From an archaeon (lineage in GTDB: Archaea > Iainarchaeota > Iainarchaeia > Iainarchaeales > Iainarchaeaceae): a stretch of 33,238 bases of DNA. Positions within the stretch are counted from its first letter, which is position 1; every line of letters begins with the position of its first letter. The stretch covers positions 1 through 33,238 of the forward strand of contig SBBR01000060.1 in NCBI GenBank assembly GCA_005239615.1. The letters are read 5' to 3'. Shown piece by piece: positions 1 to 9,935 of this stretch. The notes beneath the pieces were generated by a model. The model searched no databases, was not told the DNA's origin, and saw nothing but the letters and a program-made list of their open reading frames with translations. The translations under genes were made by a program, and so were the position numbers.

Positions 1-944
1 ATTGACATGCCTGCATTTTTCTCTATGAGGGTGTCGGTGTCAACCAGATTCATACCGGAAAGAGCGGCGATTTCCTTCGCCACATATGATTTTCCCGTGC
101 CCATGAAGCCTATAAGGGCTATGTTGCCGCAGCTCTTTTCCCGGGGAACAGGCACGAGCGTGGTCGAGGTGTAGAGTGCCTCCCGCATTACCTCTACCGG
201 CGCTTTTTTTCCAGTGAAAATTTCGAAAGATTGCGAGCCGGCAAACAGGAGCCACTCGCGCGCGTCAATTACCTTGCATCCCTTTTTTGCGGCAGCCACG
301 GAGAGCTTTGGGGCCGTGGAATAGTTGGCGTCGAGAACAGAAGTTTTTGCGCTGAGAAGCCCTGAAGGTATTATACTTTCGGAAGTGCTTATGGCAGATA
401 CAATCACATCAGCATCAGGAATCGTTTTCCTCAAATCTGAATCCGAAAGGCCACAGTATGCGCAGCCGAGTTTTTCCGAAATTTCCTTCGCCCTGCTGAC
501 TGTGCGGTTCATTACTGTGACATCAGCGCCTTCACCTATGAGCGCAGCGATGGCGGAGCGCCCTGCCCCTCCAGTACCCAACACGCACGCTTTAGAGCCA
601 TTAAGCCTCACACCATTTTGCAATAAAGCCTGCGCAACGCCGAATGTGTCGGTGTTGTAGCCGGTGATTTTCACTGATTTGATTGTGATACAGTTCACGG
701 AGCCGGTTTTGCCGACGCTTGCGTCTAGCCTGTCCGAGGCCGCGGCGAATTCGTCCTTGAATGGAGAGGTGATGTTCATTCCCTTCACCCCAAGGTTAGC
801 TGCAGTCTCAAGTGCTTCATTTGCACTGTCCGCGGCTATACGAAGATACCTTGCATCGATTGAGAGTGATGCGAACGCGGCGTTTTGCATCTGCGGGCTC
901 ATGCTGTGAAGAACAGGCTTTCCTGTCACTGCGTAAAGGTCCAT
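1..944 (-). CDS. aroE-aroK: Shikimate dehydrogenase-shikimate kinase fusion (AroE-AroK), 3' end outside the window
   Basis: Manual translation from ATG 944 is open to base 1: MDLYAVTGKPVLHSMSP..NITSPFK..GYNTD..GTGGAGR..NRT (AroE), a linker, then NIALIGFMGTGKS..DTDTLIEK (P-loop AroK). SD AGGTGG upstream. Absent from the ORF track because no stop lies inside the window. Confidence 0.93.
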   Translation of the reverse strand, partial: MDLYAVTGKPVLHSMSPQMQNAAFASLSIDARYLRIAADSANEALETAANLGVKGMNITSPFKDEFAAASDRLDASVGKTGSVNCITIKSVKITGYNTDTFGVAQALLQNGVRLNGSKACVLGTGGAGRSAIAALIGEGADVTVMNRTVSRAKEISEKLGCAYCGLSDSDLRKTIPDADVIVSAISTSESIIPSGLLSAKTSVLDANYSTAPKLSVAAAKKGCKVIDAREWLLFAGSQSFEIFTGKKAPVEVMREALYTSTTLVPVPREKSCGNIALIGFMGTGKSYVAKEIAALSGMNLVDTDTLIEKNAGMS

Positions 945-991
945 TTCAACCACCTGTAACCAGCCAATCGCACCGGCAGCCAAAGCACGGC

Positions 992-2029
992 TCAAGCACC
1001 GTCCAGCGCCTTCAACGCTCCAGCAATTCCATCAAGGCTTATCCTCTGAATCACCGGTTTCCCGATGCCTGAAAGGAGCACCATGTTTATTTCTACCCCT
1101 CGCCTCTTCTTGTCCTTGCGGATTGCATCAAGAACAAGGGCACAGTTAAAATTTATTTTTGTTGGGAGGCCGAACTTTTCTATCAGCGAGACCATCCTGC
1201 CAGCCTCAGTCCGCTTCAGGAGACCTGTTGAAACGGAAACCTGCACTGCAGCAGCCATTCCCACCGCAACAGCATGTCCATGCCTGATTCTCGTGGTTTT
1301 CTCAATTGCGTGGCCGAGCGTGTGCCCGAAGTTTAGAATCATCCTCTGTCCGGACTCAAGCTCGTCGCCCTGCACCACTTTCACCTTCACCGCAACCGAG
1401 TCGGAAATGGCCTTTTCAAGCGCCCCTTCATCGCCGGAGAGGAGCGCGGCTGAATTTTTCCCGAGAAACGCGAAAAGCCTCTGGTCGCCAATCGCCGCAT
1501 GCTTTATCACCTCGGCAAAGCCGCTGGCCAGCTCTTGTGGAGGAAGCGTTTTGAGGAAAGCGAAATCAATGAGGCAGAACTCTGGCTGCCTGAAAGTGCC
1601 TATGAGGTTTTTGTAGGAATCGAGGTTTACACCGTTTTTCCCACCGATTGCGGCATCGGACTGCGCAAGGAGCGTTGTGGGCACGAGGCCAAGGCGGAGG
1701 CCGCGAAGGTAGGTGGACGCGGCAAAGCCCGCAACGTCACACACAACGCCTCCCCCTATTCCGACTACCATCGCGGAGCGGTCGAGCTCGAGCGAGAGGA
1801 ACCTGCGGTAAATCCGCTCCACTGCCTCAAGGGTCTTTGCCCCTTCACCAAGCCCTATTTCAACCACTTCCGCCTCCTTGGGAAAATCCTTCGAGTGGAG
1901 CCTGGAGACGGACTTATCCGTGATTATGACGATTTTTCCCGTGCCACAGTATTTGGGAAGGTTTGCGAGCTTCTCCCCGACAAGTATCCTGCATTGCCCG
2001 GATTTTGCCGCGAGTACGAGCTCCCTCAT
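992..2029 (-). CDS. aroB: 3-dehydroquinate synthase (bacterial-type AroB)
   Basis: [55 protein letters not shown] motifs. Confidence 0.97.
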   Translation of the reverse strand: MRELVLAAKSGQCRILVGEKLANLPKYCGTGKIVIITDKSVSRLHSKDFPKEAEVVEIGLGEGAKTLEAVERIYRRFLSLELDRSAMVVGIGGGVVCDVAGFAASTYLRGLRLGLVPTTLLAQSDAAIGGKNGVNLDSYKNLIGTFRQPEFCLIDFAFLKTLPPQELASGFAEVIKHAAIGDQRLFAFLGKNSAALLSGDEGALEKAISDSVAVKVKVVQGDELESGQRMILNFGHTLGHAIEKTTRIRHGHAVAVGMAAAVQVSVSTGLLKRTEAGRMVSLIEKFGLPTKINFNCALVLDAIRKDKKRRGVEINMVLLSGIGKPVIQRISLDGIAGALKALDGA

Positions 2030-2847
2030 TTGAGGCCCTCCATAAACCTGCGCAGCGGCCTTATGCGCTCCATCATGGCGGAAAAAACATCAGGCGTAAG
2101 GGCCTGTTCCTTGTCGCTCAGAGCCTCTGCCGGGTTCCTGTGGACCTCGACAATGAGGCCGTCCGAGCCGCATGCGACAGCGGCAAGGCTCATCATCGGA
2201 ATGAGGCTCACCTTCCCGGTGCCGTGCGTGGGGTCAACTATCACAGGGAGGTGCGTGAGTTCCTTCGCAGCGCACACAGCGCTTAGGTCAAGGGTGTTCC
2301 GTGTGTATGTCTCGAATGTCCTTATGCCGCGCTCACAGAGTATCACGTTCGGGTTGCCTTCGTGGAGAATGTACTCCGCGCAGTTGAGCCACTCCTCAAT
2401 GGTAGAGTGCATGCCGCGCTTCAGCAGCACTGGCTTGCTGGATTTCCCGGCCTCCTTCAGGAGTGCGAAGTTCTGCATGTTGCGTGCGCCAATTTGGAGG
2501 ACATCCGCGTACTCGCTGACCCACGAAACATCCCTCGTGTCAATGACCTCGGTGACAATGGGAAGTCCTGTTTCTTCCCTTGCCTTTTCCAGTATCTTGA
2601 GGCCCTTGAATCCGAGGCCTTGGAATGAGTATGGGGAGGTGCGTGGCTTGAACGCACCGCCGCGGAGCATATCAGCGCCGGCTGCTTTTACAGCTCTTGC
2701 GGTTTCAAGCACCTGCTCCTCGCTCTCCACACTGCACGGGCCAGCGATTACCGTAAACCCAGTCCCTACCCTCACCTTGCCGACCCTGACGATTGTCCTC
2801 TTCCTGTCCTCAAGGGCCGCGAGCTTTATTCCCTTCATCTCAGCCAT
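2026..2847 (-). CDS. aroF: DAHP synthase type I-beta, no N-terminal regulatory domain
   Basis: [43 protein letters not shown]. Start set at ATG 2847 because a TATA (TATAAAA) lies about 25-30 nt upstream. Confidence 0.95.
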   Translation of the reverse strand: MAEMKGIKLAALEDRKRTIVRVGKVRVGTGFTVIAGPCSVESEEQVLETARAVKAAGADMLRGGAFKPRTSPYSFQGLGFKGLKILEKAREETGLPIVTEVIDTRDVSWVSEYADVLQIGARNMQNFALLKEAGKSSKPVLLKRGMHSTIEEWLNCAEYILHEGNPNVILCERGIRTFETYTRNTLDLSAVCAAKELTHLPVIVDPTHGTGKVSLIPMMSLAAVACGSDGLIVEVHRNPAEALSDKEQALTPDVFSAMMERIRPLRRFMEGLK

Positions 2848-3148
2848 CAAAACCACACCCACGACCAATGTTTTATATCGCACCCAATCGACTGCAAATC
2901 CATGAGCAACCCATTCTGACACATGCATACTAGAGAAAGGTTAAGCCAGCCCACGACCCGGATAAAACTTGATTCCGATTTTTGTGAGCCGGCTTTTCAG
3001 CAGAATGCCAAGCCAAAGCTGAAGAAAAAAAAGCGGTTCGCCCGATACATTTGCGCTTCAGCAGTCATCCAAAAACACTTGGACATTTAAGATATTATTT
3101 ATTACGCCCCAAGCCTTTTTAAAAGAATCCATCGGTCCAAACCCCGGC

Positions 3149-3940
3149 TTAACGCTTCGAAACAGCCTCGGCCATCACCTCCGCAAAACCCGCAGCTGCG
3201 GCAACTGCTCCTGCCTCGTCGAACCCGTTGTCCTGCGCCACGAACTTCGAGTAAATGTTTATGAGCCCGCTGCCGACAATCACGCCATCAGCCCCCGCGC
3301 CAATGTATGCCCTTGCCTGTTCCGGCGAGGAAACCCCAAATCCAACAAAGAGCCTCGCTCCCCTGCCGGCAATTTTCCTGACTGACCTGACAAACGCAAC
3401 GCTCTCCCGAGAAACGCTCCCACGGGCACCGGTGACGCCTTTTGCCGAGACAAGATAAGTGAAAGAGCGATTGGCAATGCCGCTACCTTCAGCCAACATC
3501 TTTATTCTTTCTGGCGGCGTGTTCGGGGCAACCATTCTTATTATTTCGATGCCATGTTTTGTAGCAAGCGACTCGAAAGCAGGGTCCTCTCCAAGAGGGA
3601 GGTCGGGAATTATAAGCGCCTGTGCCCCGGCCTCAGTCATTCTTTTAAGGAACTTTTCTTGCCCGAACGAGAATATGATGTTGTAATAGGTCATCAGGGC
3701 GAAATCGTTCTTGATTCCATCGGCGCGTAGCCTTCCCAAGAGGCTGAAAACATCGTTTGCGGTTGTTCCTCGCGCAAGAGAGCGCTGGCTCGCGGCCTGA
3801 ATAGTAGGGCCGTCGGCAATCGGGTCGGAGAACGGTATGCCAAGCTCTATTATGCCGGAGTGCGGCGCAAGGACTTTTACCAGGCGGAAGGTGAAGCCCA
3901 TACCATAATCGCCGCAGCAGACGTAAGGCACGAAGGTCAT
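3149..3940 (-). CDS. trpA: Tryptophan synthase alpha chain
   Basis: [43 protein letters not shown]. Confidence 0.97.
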   Translation of the reverse strand: MTFVPYVCCGDYGMGFTFRLVKVLAPHSGIIELGIPFSDPIADGPTIQAASQRSLARGTTANDVFSLLGRLRADGIKNDFALMTYYNIIFSFGQEKFLKRMTEAGAQALIIPDLPLGEDPAFESLATKHGIEIIRMVAPNTPPERIKMLAEGSGIANRSFTYLVSAKGVTGARGSVSRESVAFVRSVRKIAGRGARLFVGFGVSSPEQARAYIGAGADGVIVGSGLINIYSKFVAQDNGFDEAGAVAAAAGFAEVMAEAVSKR

Positions 3941-5208
3941 TTGTCTACCCCCTCATCGCCATGCACCAAAGCCACCCTATTTTGGATTGCACCCCAGCCG
4001 TCATTTTTTTGTGGAAAGTTCTTTTCCACGTCCATTATTCTCGACGCGTGCTCCACATCCTTGTCCCCGCGCCCGGAAAGGCACACAATAACCGAGTCGC
4101 CCTTCCTGCAGGACTTCGCAACCTCCGGGAGGTAAGCAATCGCGTGGGCAGATTCTAGAGCTGGAATTATTCCCTCCGTGCGACTGAGTAATTTGAAACC
4201 TTCAAGCGCCTGCCCATCCGTGACGCTCACGTACTTTACCCTTCTGCGCTCGTGCAGCATCGAATGTTCAGGGCCCACAGCAGGGTAGTCAAGCCCCGCC
4301 GAGACGGAGTGCGTGTCCCGAATCTGGCCGTTTTCATTTTCCAGCAGATAAGTCAGCGCGCCGTGCAGGACCCCTGGCCTTCCGTCTCCAGTCAGGCGCG
4401 CGGCGTGCATCCCGCTTGCAATCCCTTTCCCGCCTGCCTCAACTCCGAACATTTTCACCCTGCCACATTTTTTGTCGTCGAGGAAAGGGCCAAACAGACC
4501 GATTGAGTTGCTCCCTCCGCCCACGCATGCGAGCAGGCAAGTGGGGAGCTTTCCCTCCACCTTCAGGATTTGGGCTTTTGCTTCCTTCCCAATCACGGAC
4601 TGGAAGTGCCGGACAATGCTAGGATAAGGGTGTGGGCCCATCGCCGAGCCGATGACATAATGGGTGGTGTCGGAGGTCGTGGCGTAGTCGCGAAGTGCCT
4701 CGTTGATTGCGTCCTTCAGTGTTTTCGAGCCCGCGCCAACAACTTTCACTTCCGCACCGAGCAGCCGCATCCTGTAAACATTTAGGGCCTGCCTCTTCGC
4801 GTCCTCCTCACCCATGTAAACCACGCATTCGAGACCGAGCAGCGCTGCGGCTGTCGCGGTCGCGACTCCGTGCTGGCCAGCGCCGGTTTCGGCGATGAGC
4901 CTTGTTTTTCCCATGCGCCTCGCGAGCAGGGTCTGGCCGATAGTGTTGTTTATCTTGTGCGCACCTGTATGGAGCAAATCCTCGCGCTTGAGGTAAATCT
5001 TTATCCCGAACTTTTTGCTGAGGTTCTGCGCAAAGTAAAGAGGTGTTGGCCTTCCCGCGTACTGTGAAAGGTAATTTCTTACCTCACGCTCGAATTCCCT
5101 CTCCTTAAGGGCTGAGGCGAACTCCCTTTCGAGCCGGTTGAGGGCCGGGACAAGGAGCTCGGAAACATACGAGCCGCCGAACCTGCCGAACCGTTTGATA
5201 TTTTTCAT
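3937..5208 (-). CDS. trpB: Tryptophan synthase beta chain (TrpB1)
   Basis: [15 protein letters not shown] (PLP lysine), [32 protein letters not shown]. Confidence 0.98.
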   Translation of the reverse strand: MKNIKRFGRFGGSYVSELLVPALNRLEREFASALKEREFEREVRNYLSQYAGRPTPLYFAQNLSKKFGIKIYLKREDLLHTGAHKINNTIGQTLLARRMGKTRLIAETGAGQHGVATATAAALLGLECVVYMGEEDAKRQALNVYRMRLLGAEVKVVGAGSKTLKDAINEALRDYATTSDTTHYVIGSAMGPHPYPSIVRHFQSVIGKEAKAQILKVEGKLPTCLLACVGGGSNSIGLFGPFLDDKKCGRVKMFGVEAGGKGIASGMHAARLTGDGRPGVLHGALTYLLENENGQIRDTHSVSAGLDYPAVGPEHSMLHERRRVKYVSVTDGQALEGFKLLSRTEGIIPALESAHAIAYLPEVAKSCRKGDSVIVCLSGRGDKDVEHASRIMDVEKNFPQKNDGWGAIQNRVALVHGDEGVDK

Positions 5209-6060
5209 TCAGCCTCCCTCCAGCCGCAGCTCGCGGACCTTTGCCGCAAGGTCATCCGCCTTCCACAGCGCCGTTCCTACTAGAATGCCTTTCGCGCCAA
5301 CAAAGCGTAGGAATTCCGCGTCTTTCCTGTCCCGCACCCCGCTCTCGCTTATGAGCGGTCTGTCGAGCTCCATGCCCTTAGGGACGGATTCAATGAACCT
5401 TTTCGTGTGGTAGAGGTCAACCCTGAGGGTTTTGAGGTCGCGGTTGTTCACGCCGATGATGTCTGCCTTTGTCCTGAGCGCAGCCCCTAGCTCTACGGCA
5501 TCGTAGCATTCGAGCAAAACCTCAAGGCCAAGCGCGTGAGCCTTGTCAACCATCCTTCCCAAATCAAGGCCGAGCCTTTTTGCGACCGTAGCGACGAGGA
5601 GCATGCAGTCCGCGCCGTAGAATGCCGCGGCATGGATTTGGGAGTCGTCAATGACGAAGTCCTTGAAGAGCACAGGAAGGCCTACCTGCTTTGATACAGC
5701 AATGTGCGCCAGCTGGCCTTTGAATATTTTCGGCTCCACGACCACAGAAATCGCGTCCGCGCCGCAGTCGCGGAAGGTCATCGCGGTTTTTTTGACATCA
5801 ATGTTCTCGAATGAGTACTCACCGGCAGGAGAAGCGTGCTTTATTTCCGAAATGAGGCTGAACTTCCTTTGCTCGAGCGTCTGGCGCAGCGAAACCTTTT
5901 GCACAATCGGCCTTACCTTGCCCACAGTGCCGTAATAGCCTGACTCGACGTTCTCCTCTGCCTGCGCGATGAACGTGTCGAGTATGTCGCCTCCAAAGCC
6001 GGCTTTTGCGTGGCCTGCGCGCATATCAGCTTGCTTTGCCGAAACATTCCCTGTATCCAT
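5209..6060 (-). CDS. trpC: Indole-3-glycerol phosphate synthase
   Basis: ISEIKHASP, PVLFKDF, GVNNRDL, ISESGV, ILVGTAL. Confidence 0.95.
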   Translation of the reverse strand: MDTGNVSAKQADMRAGHAKAGFGGDILDTFIAQAEENVESGYYGTVGKVRPIVQKVSLRQTLEQRKFSLISEIKHASPAGEYSFENIDVKKTAMTFRDCGADAISVVVEPKIFKGQLAHIAVSKQVGLPVLFKDFVIDDSQIHAAAFYGADCMLLVATVAKRLGLDLGRMVDKAHALGLEVLLECYDAVELGAALRTKADIIGVNNRDLKTLRVDLYHTKRFIESVPKGMELDRPLISESGVRDRKDAEFLRFVGAKGILVGTALWKADDLAAKVRELRLEGG

Positions 6061-7110
6061 TCATTTCCCGCCCTGAACCGAAAATGCCTTCAATGCATTA
6101 AGCTTCGCCATAGCACTCCCGGAATCTATTGATTTTTCAGCAAGCGAAATCCCCTGCTTCAGCGAAGATACCTTTCCGGAAACATAAATTGCTGCACCGG
6201 AGTTCATAAGGACGATGTCTCGTGCTGGCCCGGCCTTTCCAGAGAGCACTTCTAGTATTATTTTCGCGCTCTCCTCAGGGTTTACCGCCACGAGCTCATC
6301 TAGCGTAGACATCATTAAACCAAAATCCTGTGGGGAGATTTTATACTCTTTTGTCTTGGCTTGTGAAACGTTATTCTCGGCGGCGGATTCGATTTCAACA
6401 ATGGTTGTCGGAGCGCTGATGCTAATTTCATCGGTATCGCTGCTGAGGACCATTGCCTTCTCCGTGCCGAGCCTGCCCAGCGCCCCGGCCACCTTTTGAA
6501 CGAGCGCCTTGTCGTAAACTCCTATCACCTGCCTCCTGACGCCAGCTGGGTTGCAGAGTGGCCCAAGGATGTTGAACACAGTCTTGAAGCCGAGGGCTTT
6601 GCGCACGGGAGCGACGTTTTTCATCGCTGGGTGGAAGGCTTGGGAGAACATGAACGTTATTCCGGCGCCGGCAAGCTGCTGCTCGGCATCGTGCTGCGAC
6701 ATTGCCATTGGCACTCCGAGCTTTTCAATCACATCCATGCTGCCGCTCTGGCTGGATGCCTTCCGGTTGCCGTGCTTTGCGACAACTGCTCCGGCACCAG
6801 CAGCCACGAACGCCGAGCACGTCGAGACATTGAATGTGCCGCTGCCGTCCCCTCCCGTGCCACAGTTGTCCACCATGAAATCGGCGCGGAAATTCACGCG
6901 CAGCGAGGCAGCACGCATTATTTTTACAAAGGCAGTTATCTCCACAACGGTCTCGCCCTTCTCCTTAATCAGCGTGAGGAACGAGGCCAGGTCAGCATGG
7001 CTGACGTTGCCGTGCATTATCTCGTGCATGCAGAATCCCGCCTCCTCGCTGCCGAGGTCCGCTTTCAGCGCTAGTTTTTTCAGAAGCGATTCAAAGCTCG
7101 GGTCCTGCAT
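6061..7110 (-). CDS. trpD: Anthranilate phosphoribosyltransferase
   Basis: DNCGTGGDG, FNVST, KHGNR, FHPAMK, FNILGPL. Confidence 0.97.
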   Translation of the reverse strand: MQDPSFESLLKKLALKADLGSEEAGFCMHEIMHGNVSHADLASFLTLIKEKGETVVEITAFVKIMRAASLRVNFRADFMVDNCGTGGDGSGTFNVSTCSAFVAAGAGAVVAKHGNRKASSQSGSMDVIEKLGVPMAMSQHDAEQQLAGAGITFMFSQAFHPAMKNVAPVRKALGFKTVFNILGPLCNPAGVRRQVIGVYDKALVQKVAGALGRLGTEKAMVLSSDTDEISISAPTTIVEIESAAENNVSQAKTKEYKISPQDFGLMMSTLDELVAVNPEESAKIILEVLSGKAGPARDIVLMNSGAAIYVSGKVSSLKQGISLAEKSIDSGSAMAKLNALKAFSVQGGK

Positions 7111-7853
7111 CACGCATCACCTTTACCTTTTCGTATCTTAACAGGCTTTGCCACGGCTGCCAAAGCTCTTGTGGGGATTTTGGTCTTGATGTTGACAAAG
7201 TTGCCCAGGATTTTCTCACCTTCAGGGGTCATTATTGACTCCGGGTGGAACTGCACTCCGAAAATCGGGAATCTCTTGTGCTGCAGCCCCATTATCACGC
7301 CATCGTCGCTCCTCGCTGTTATCTCAAGGCAATCTGGCAAGGATTTTTCTTCCGCGGCAAGTGAGTGGTAGCGCATGACTGACACAGGATTTTTTATCCC
7401 GACAAAAATCCCTTTCCCATCATGCTTAACCATGCTTGTCTTGCCGTGCATCGGCACGGGCGAGCGCACTATTTTTCCGCCGAAAGCGCTTGCGATTCCC
7501 TGATGCCCAAGGCACACCCCAAGCACAGGAATTTCCTTTCCGAGCTCTAGGATTACTTCCCTGCAAACGCCAAAGTCTTGTGGGATTTCTGGGCTGCCGG
7601 GACCTGGGGAAATAACAATCTTGGAATAGCCGCGCGATTTTATCTGCTGGAGAGTGAGCGCGTTGTTCCTCGCAACATCGACCTTGCAGCCCAGCTTTGA
7701 GAGGGCCTGATAGAGGTTGTAGGTGAAGGAGTCGAAGTTGTCCAGCAGTAAAACCCTCTGCTTGGCTTTGCCATAGCCCTGACATGCAGCGTCATGACCG
7801 GCCTTTGCGGCTCCAACTTTTGCCCTTACGTGTAATGTGCCCTGCCCTGCCAT
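7110..7853 (-). CDS. trpG: Anthranilate synthase component II (glutamine amidotransferase)
   Basis: DNFDSFTYNL, SPGPG, GVCLGHQ, RYHSL, QFHPES; start uncertain because of a long N-terminal extension. Confidence 0.96.
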   Translation of the reverse strand: MAGQGTLHVRAKVGAAKAGHDAACQGYGKAKQRVLLLDNFDSFTYNLYQALSKLGCKVDVARNNALTLQQIKSRGYSKIVISPGPGSPEIPQDFGVCREVILELGKEIPVLGVCLGHQGIASAFGGKIVRSPVPMHGKTSMVKHDGKGIFVGIKNPVSVMRYHSLAAEEKSLPDCLEITARSDDGVIMGLQHKRFPIFGVQFHPESIMTPEGEKILGNFVNIKTKIPTRALAAVAKPVKIRKGKGDA

Positions 7854-7854
7854 T

Positions 7855-9285
7855 TCACCCACCCTCTGTTTTGAAGTTATCTAGGAGAGCCCTTGCCTTG
7901 TTCTCGGTCTCGAGGAACTCCTTTTCCGGCACACTGTCATACACTATTCCCGCGCCTGTCTGTATGAAGGCTGTATTGCCGTTGGCAAAAAGCGACCTTA
8001 TCCCTATTGCGAAGTCCGCATTGCCGTTTGCCGAGAAGTATCCCACTGCACCGGCATACGGGCCGCGCCTCGTATTTTCGAGCGAATCTATGATGTCGAT
8101 TGCCCGGATTTTCGGCGCACCTGAGACAGTGCCAGCGGGAAAAATCGCGTTGAAGACGTCGAACGCATCCCTATCCACGCGCATTTTCCCAGTAACGAGC
8201 GAGGCGATGTGCTGCACGTGCGAGTACTTGTGCACCGCCATGAACTCCGGGACACTCACACTGCCCGAAACCGCGACCTTCCCAACGTCGTTTCGTGTGA
8301 GGTCCACAAGCATCAGGTGCTCCGCGCGCTCTTTCTTGTCCGCGAGAAGCTCCCCCTCCAGCGCGGCATCCTCCTGCTCTGTTTTGCCGCGCGGCCGCGT
8401 GCCTGCAAGCGTCGCGTAGCTCGAAATTTCATCTCCCTCGACCTTAAAGAGGTTCTCGGGACTCGAGCCGATTATTTGCCGCGCCCCGAATTTCATCGAA
8501 TACATATATGGCGATGGATTGCTTTGTTTCAGCCTATCGTAGAAATTGTGCAGCGCGCCTTCAAAATATAGCATGTAGCGCTTCGAGAGGACGGCTTGGA
8601 AAATGTCCCCTGCACGGATGTGCTCTTTCGCTGTTTCTACCTTTGAGCAGAACTCCTGTTCTGTATCTGAGACTGAGATGTTTTTTATGATGAGCTTGCC
8701 GCCCCCATTTTTCCCGCCACCGTGTAGGCTCTCCACAAAACAGCCATTGCCCTCGGTGCTGTCCCTGACGGACTTTTTTATTTCCGACAGGCGGTTCTCT
8801 TTTCCATAAAGGTAGGCAGCCTTTCCGGTGGCGTGGTCGAATGCTATAACATCATCGAACAGCCCGAACTCGAAATCCGGGAATCCTGTTTCGTCTTTGG
8901 GGTGTGCAGCGAATTTTTCCACGCAGCGCACATAATCAAATGAGAAGTAGCCTACTGCACCGCCCACAAAACCAGCCACGTTATGGCCTTGGCCGGCAGC
9001 GCCGCGCCCTGTTGGCACTAGTTTCTTGAGCTCCTCAATAGGTCTCTCCGCCTCAACCTCCTCGCCGTCAATGTCTACGACGCCCTCACGCAGTGTTATT
9101 ATTTTCTGTGGGGAAAAGCCGACGAATGAGTAGCGCGCATTCTTTTCCGCGCTGCCGCTGCTCTCAAGCAGGAAAGCATTTTCGGAGTTTTCGCAGAGCG
9201 CCGAGTATAGATGCTCCGGCCCGATTACAAGACCTAGTGGCACGGAATGCACCTGCGGCCCCACTGCCCTGCTTTTTTTTGCCAT
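7855..9285 (-). CDS. trpE: Anthranilate synthase component I
   Basis: LLES, NPSPYM, GSSPE, AGTRPRG, EHLMLVDLTRND, PAGTVSGAPK. SD GGTGGGG precedes ATG 9285. Confidence 0.96.
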   Translation of the reverse strand: MAKKSRAVGPQVHSVPLGLVIGPEHLYSALCENSENAFLLESSGSAEKNARYSFVGFSPQKIITLREGVVDIDGEEVEAERPIEELKKLVPTGRGAAGQGHNVAGFVGGAVGYFSFDYVRCVEKFAAHPKDETGFPDFEFGLFDDVIAFDHATGKAAYLYGKENRLSEIKKSVRDSTEGNGCFVESLHGGGKNGGGKLIIKNISVSDTEQEFCSKVETAKEHIRAGDIFQAVLSKRYMLYFEGALHNFYDRLKQSNPSPYMYSMKFGARQIIGSSPENLFKVEGDEISSYATLAGTRPRGKTEQEDAALEGELLADKKERAEHLMLVDLTRNDVGKVAVSGSVSVPEFMAVHKYSHVQHIASLVTGKMRVDRDAFDVFNAIFPAGTVSGAPKIRAIDIIDSLENTRRGPYAGAVGYFSANGNADFAIGIRSLFANGNTAFIQTGAGIVYDSVPEKEFLETENKARALLDNFKTEGG

Positions 9286-9380
9286 TGATACCCCACCATA
9301 AACGACTGCCAAGGGCTTTGCCAACCAAGAAAACGCCCAACCAAGGGCTATAACGGATTACCAATATGCAACAGCGAACA

Positions 9381-9404
9381 TATTTAAGCCTTTATGTACA
9401 TAAA
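9381..9404. promoter_or_regulatory. Divergent trpE/trpY promoter: TATA (TATTTAAG) plus TRP-box palindrome TTTATGTACATAAA
   Basis: Perfect 14-bp palindrome at 9391-9404 with a TGTACA core (the Methanothermobacter TRP-box consensus), lying between the TATA and the trpY ATG. Confidence 0.8.
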
Positions 9405-9412
9405 TAGGCATT

Positions 9413-9913
9413 ATGCTTTCTGTGCTGGAAAGGCTCTTCGGCCACGCGCGCGGCAGGAGGGTGGTTGCGACAGAGTTCCTCCGCCTTGGACTCAAGGTGG
9501 ACAGCAAGGGCAAAATCTATGCCGGGAGGATAGAGCTCCCCCCTGCAAAAATCGCCCGCGCACTGGGGGTCGACAGGCGCGTGGTTATTGAGACCGCGAA
9601 GGCCATCGGGAACAACGAGAGTTTGCTCCAGATCTTCTACAGGCTCGAGCCTCGCGCGTTCATGGGCAATGCGGCACGCGAGTTGGGCTTTGATACCATC
9701 GAGCTGCGCGGCGACCCGAAGAAGAAAGGCATTGTCGCTGCGGTCACGAAAATAATTTCCGACGACGGCATTGTGATAAGGCAAATAATCAGCGACGACC
9801 CGGAAATCTACCCAGACCCTGTGCTCACGATAATCATAAACGGGAAGCTGAAGCCTGCGACGATTGCGAGGCTGAAGGCGCTGGAGTTCGCGGAGAGCAT
9901 AACGGTGAAGTGA
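9413..9913 (+). CDS. trpY: TrpY-like tryptophan-sensing HTH-ACT transcription regulator (COG2150-like)
   Basis: GKIY..IE...AKIARALGVDRRVV HTH, then LGF..IE, GIVAAV..I.D.GI.IRQ..DPE..P.LTII ACT domain; divergent from trpE, as in Methanothermobacter. Confidence 0.88.
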   Translation: MLSVLERLFGHARGRRVVATEFLRLGLKVDSKGKIYAGRIELPPAKIARALGVDRRVVIETAKAIGNNESLLQIFYRLEPRAFMGNAARELGFDTIELRGDPKKKGIVAAVTKIISDDGIVIRQIISDDPEIYPDPVLTIIINGKLKPATIARLKALEFAESITVK

Positions 9914-9935
9914 GTGGCAAGTTTCATGCGCTGTA

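Noticed and set aside
1499..2905. 468-aa plus-strand ORF and the many other long antisense ORFs
   Set aside because: Shadow frames opposite well-supported genes (aroB/aroF, trp, arg, AMP phosphorylase), with no recognisable motifs
2929..3148. Possible attenuator or ncRNA between trpA and the DAHP synthase gene
   Set aside because: Only a weak GCTGAAG/CTTCAGC hairpin and T-tracts consistent with ordinary termination; no leader peptide, TRP box or TGTC-N8-GACA box found
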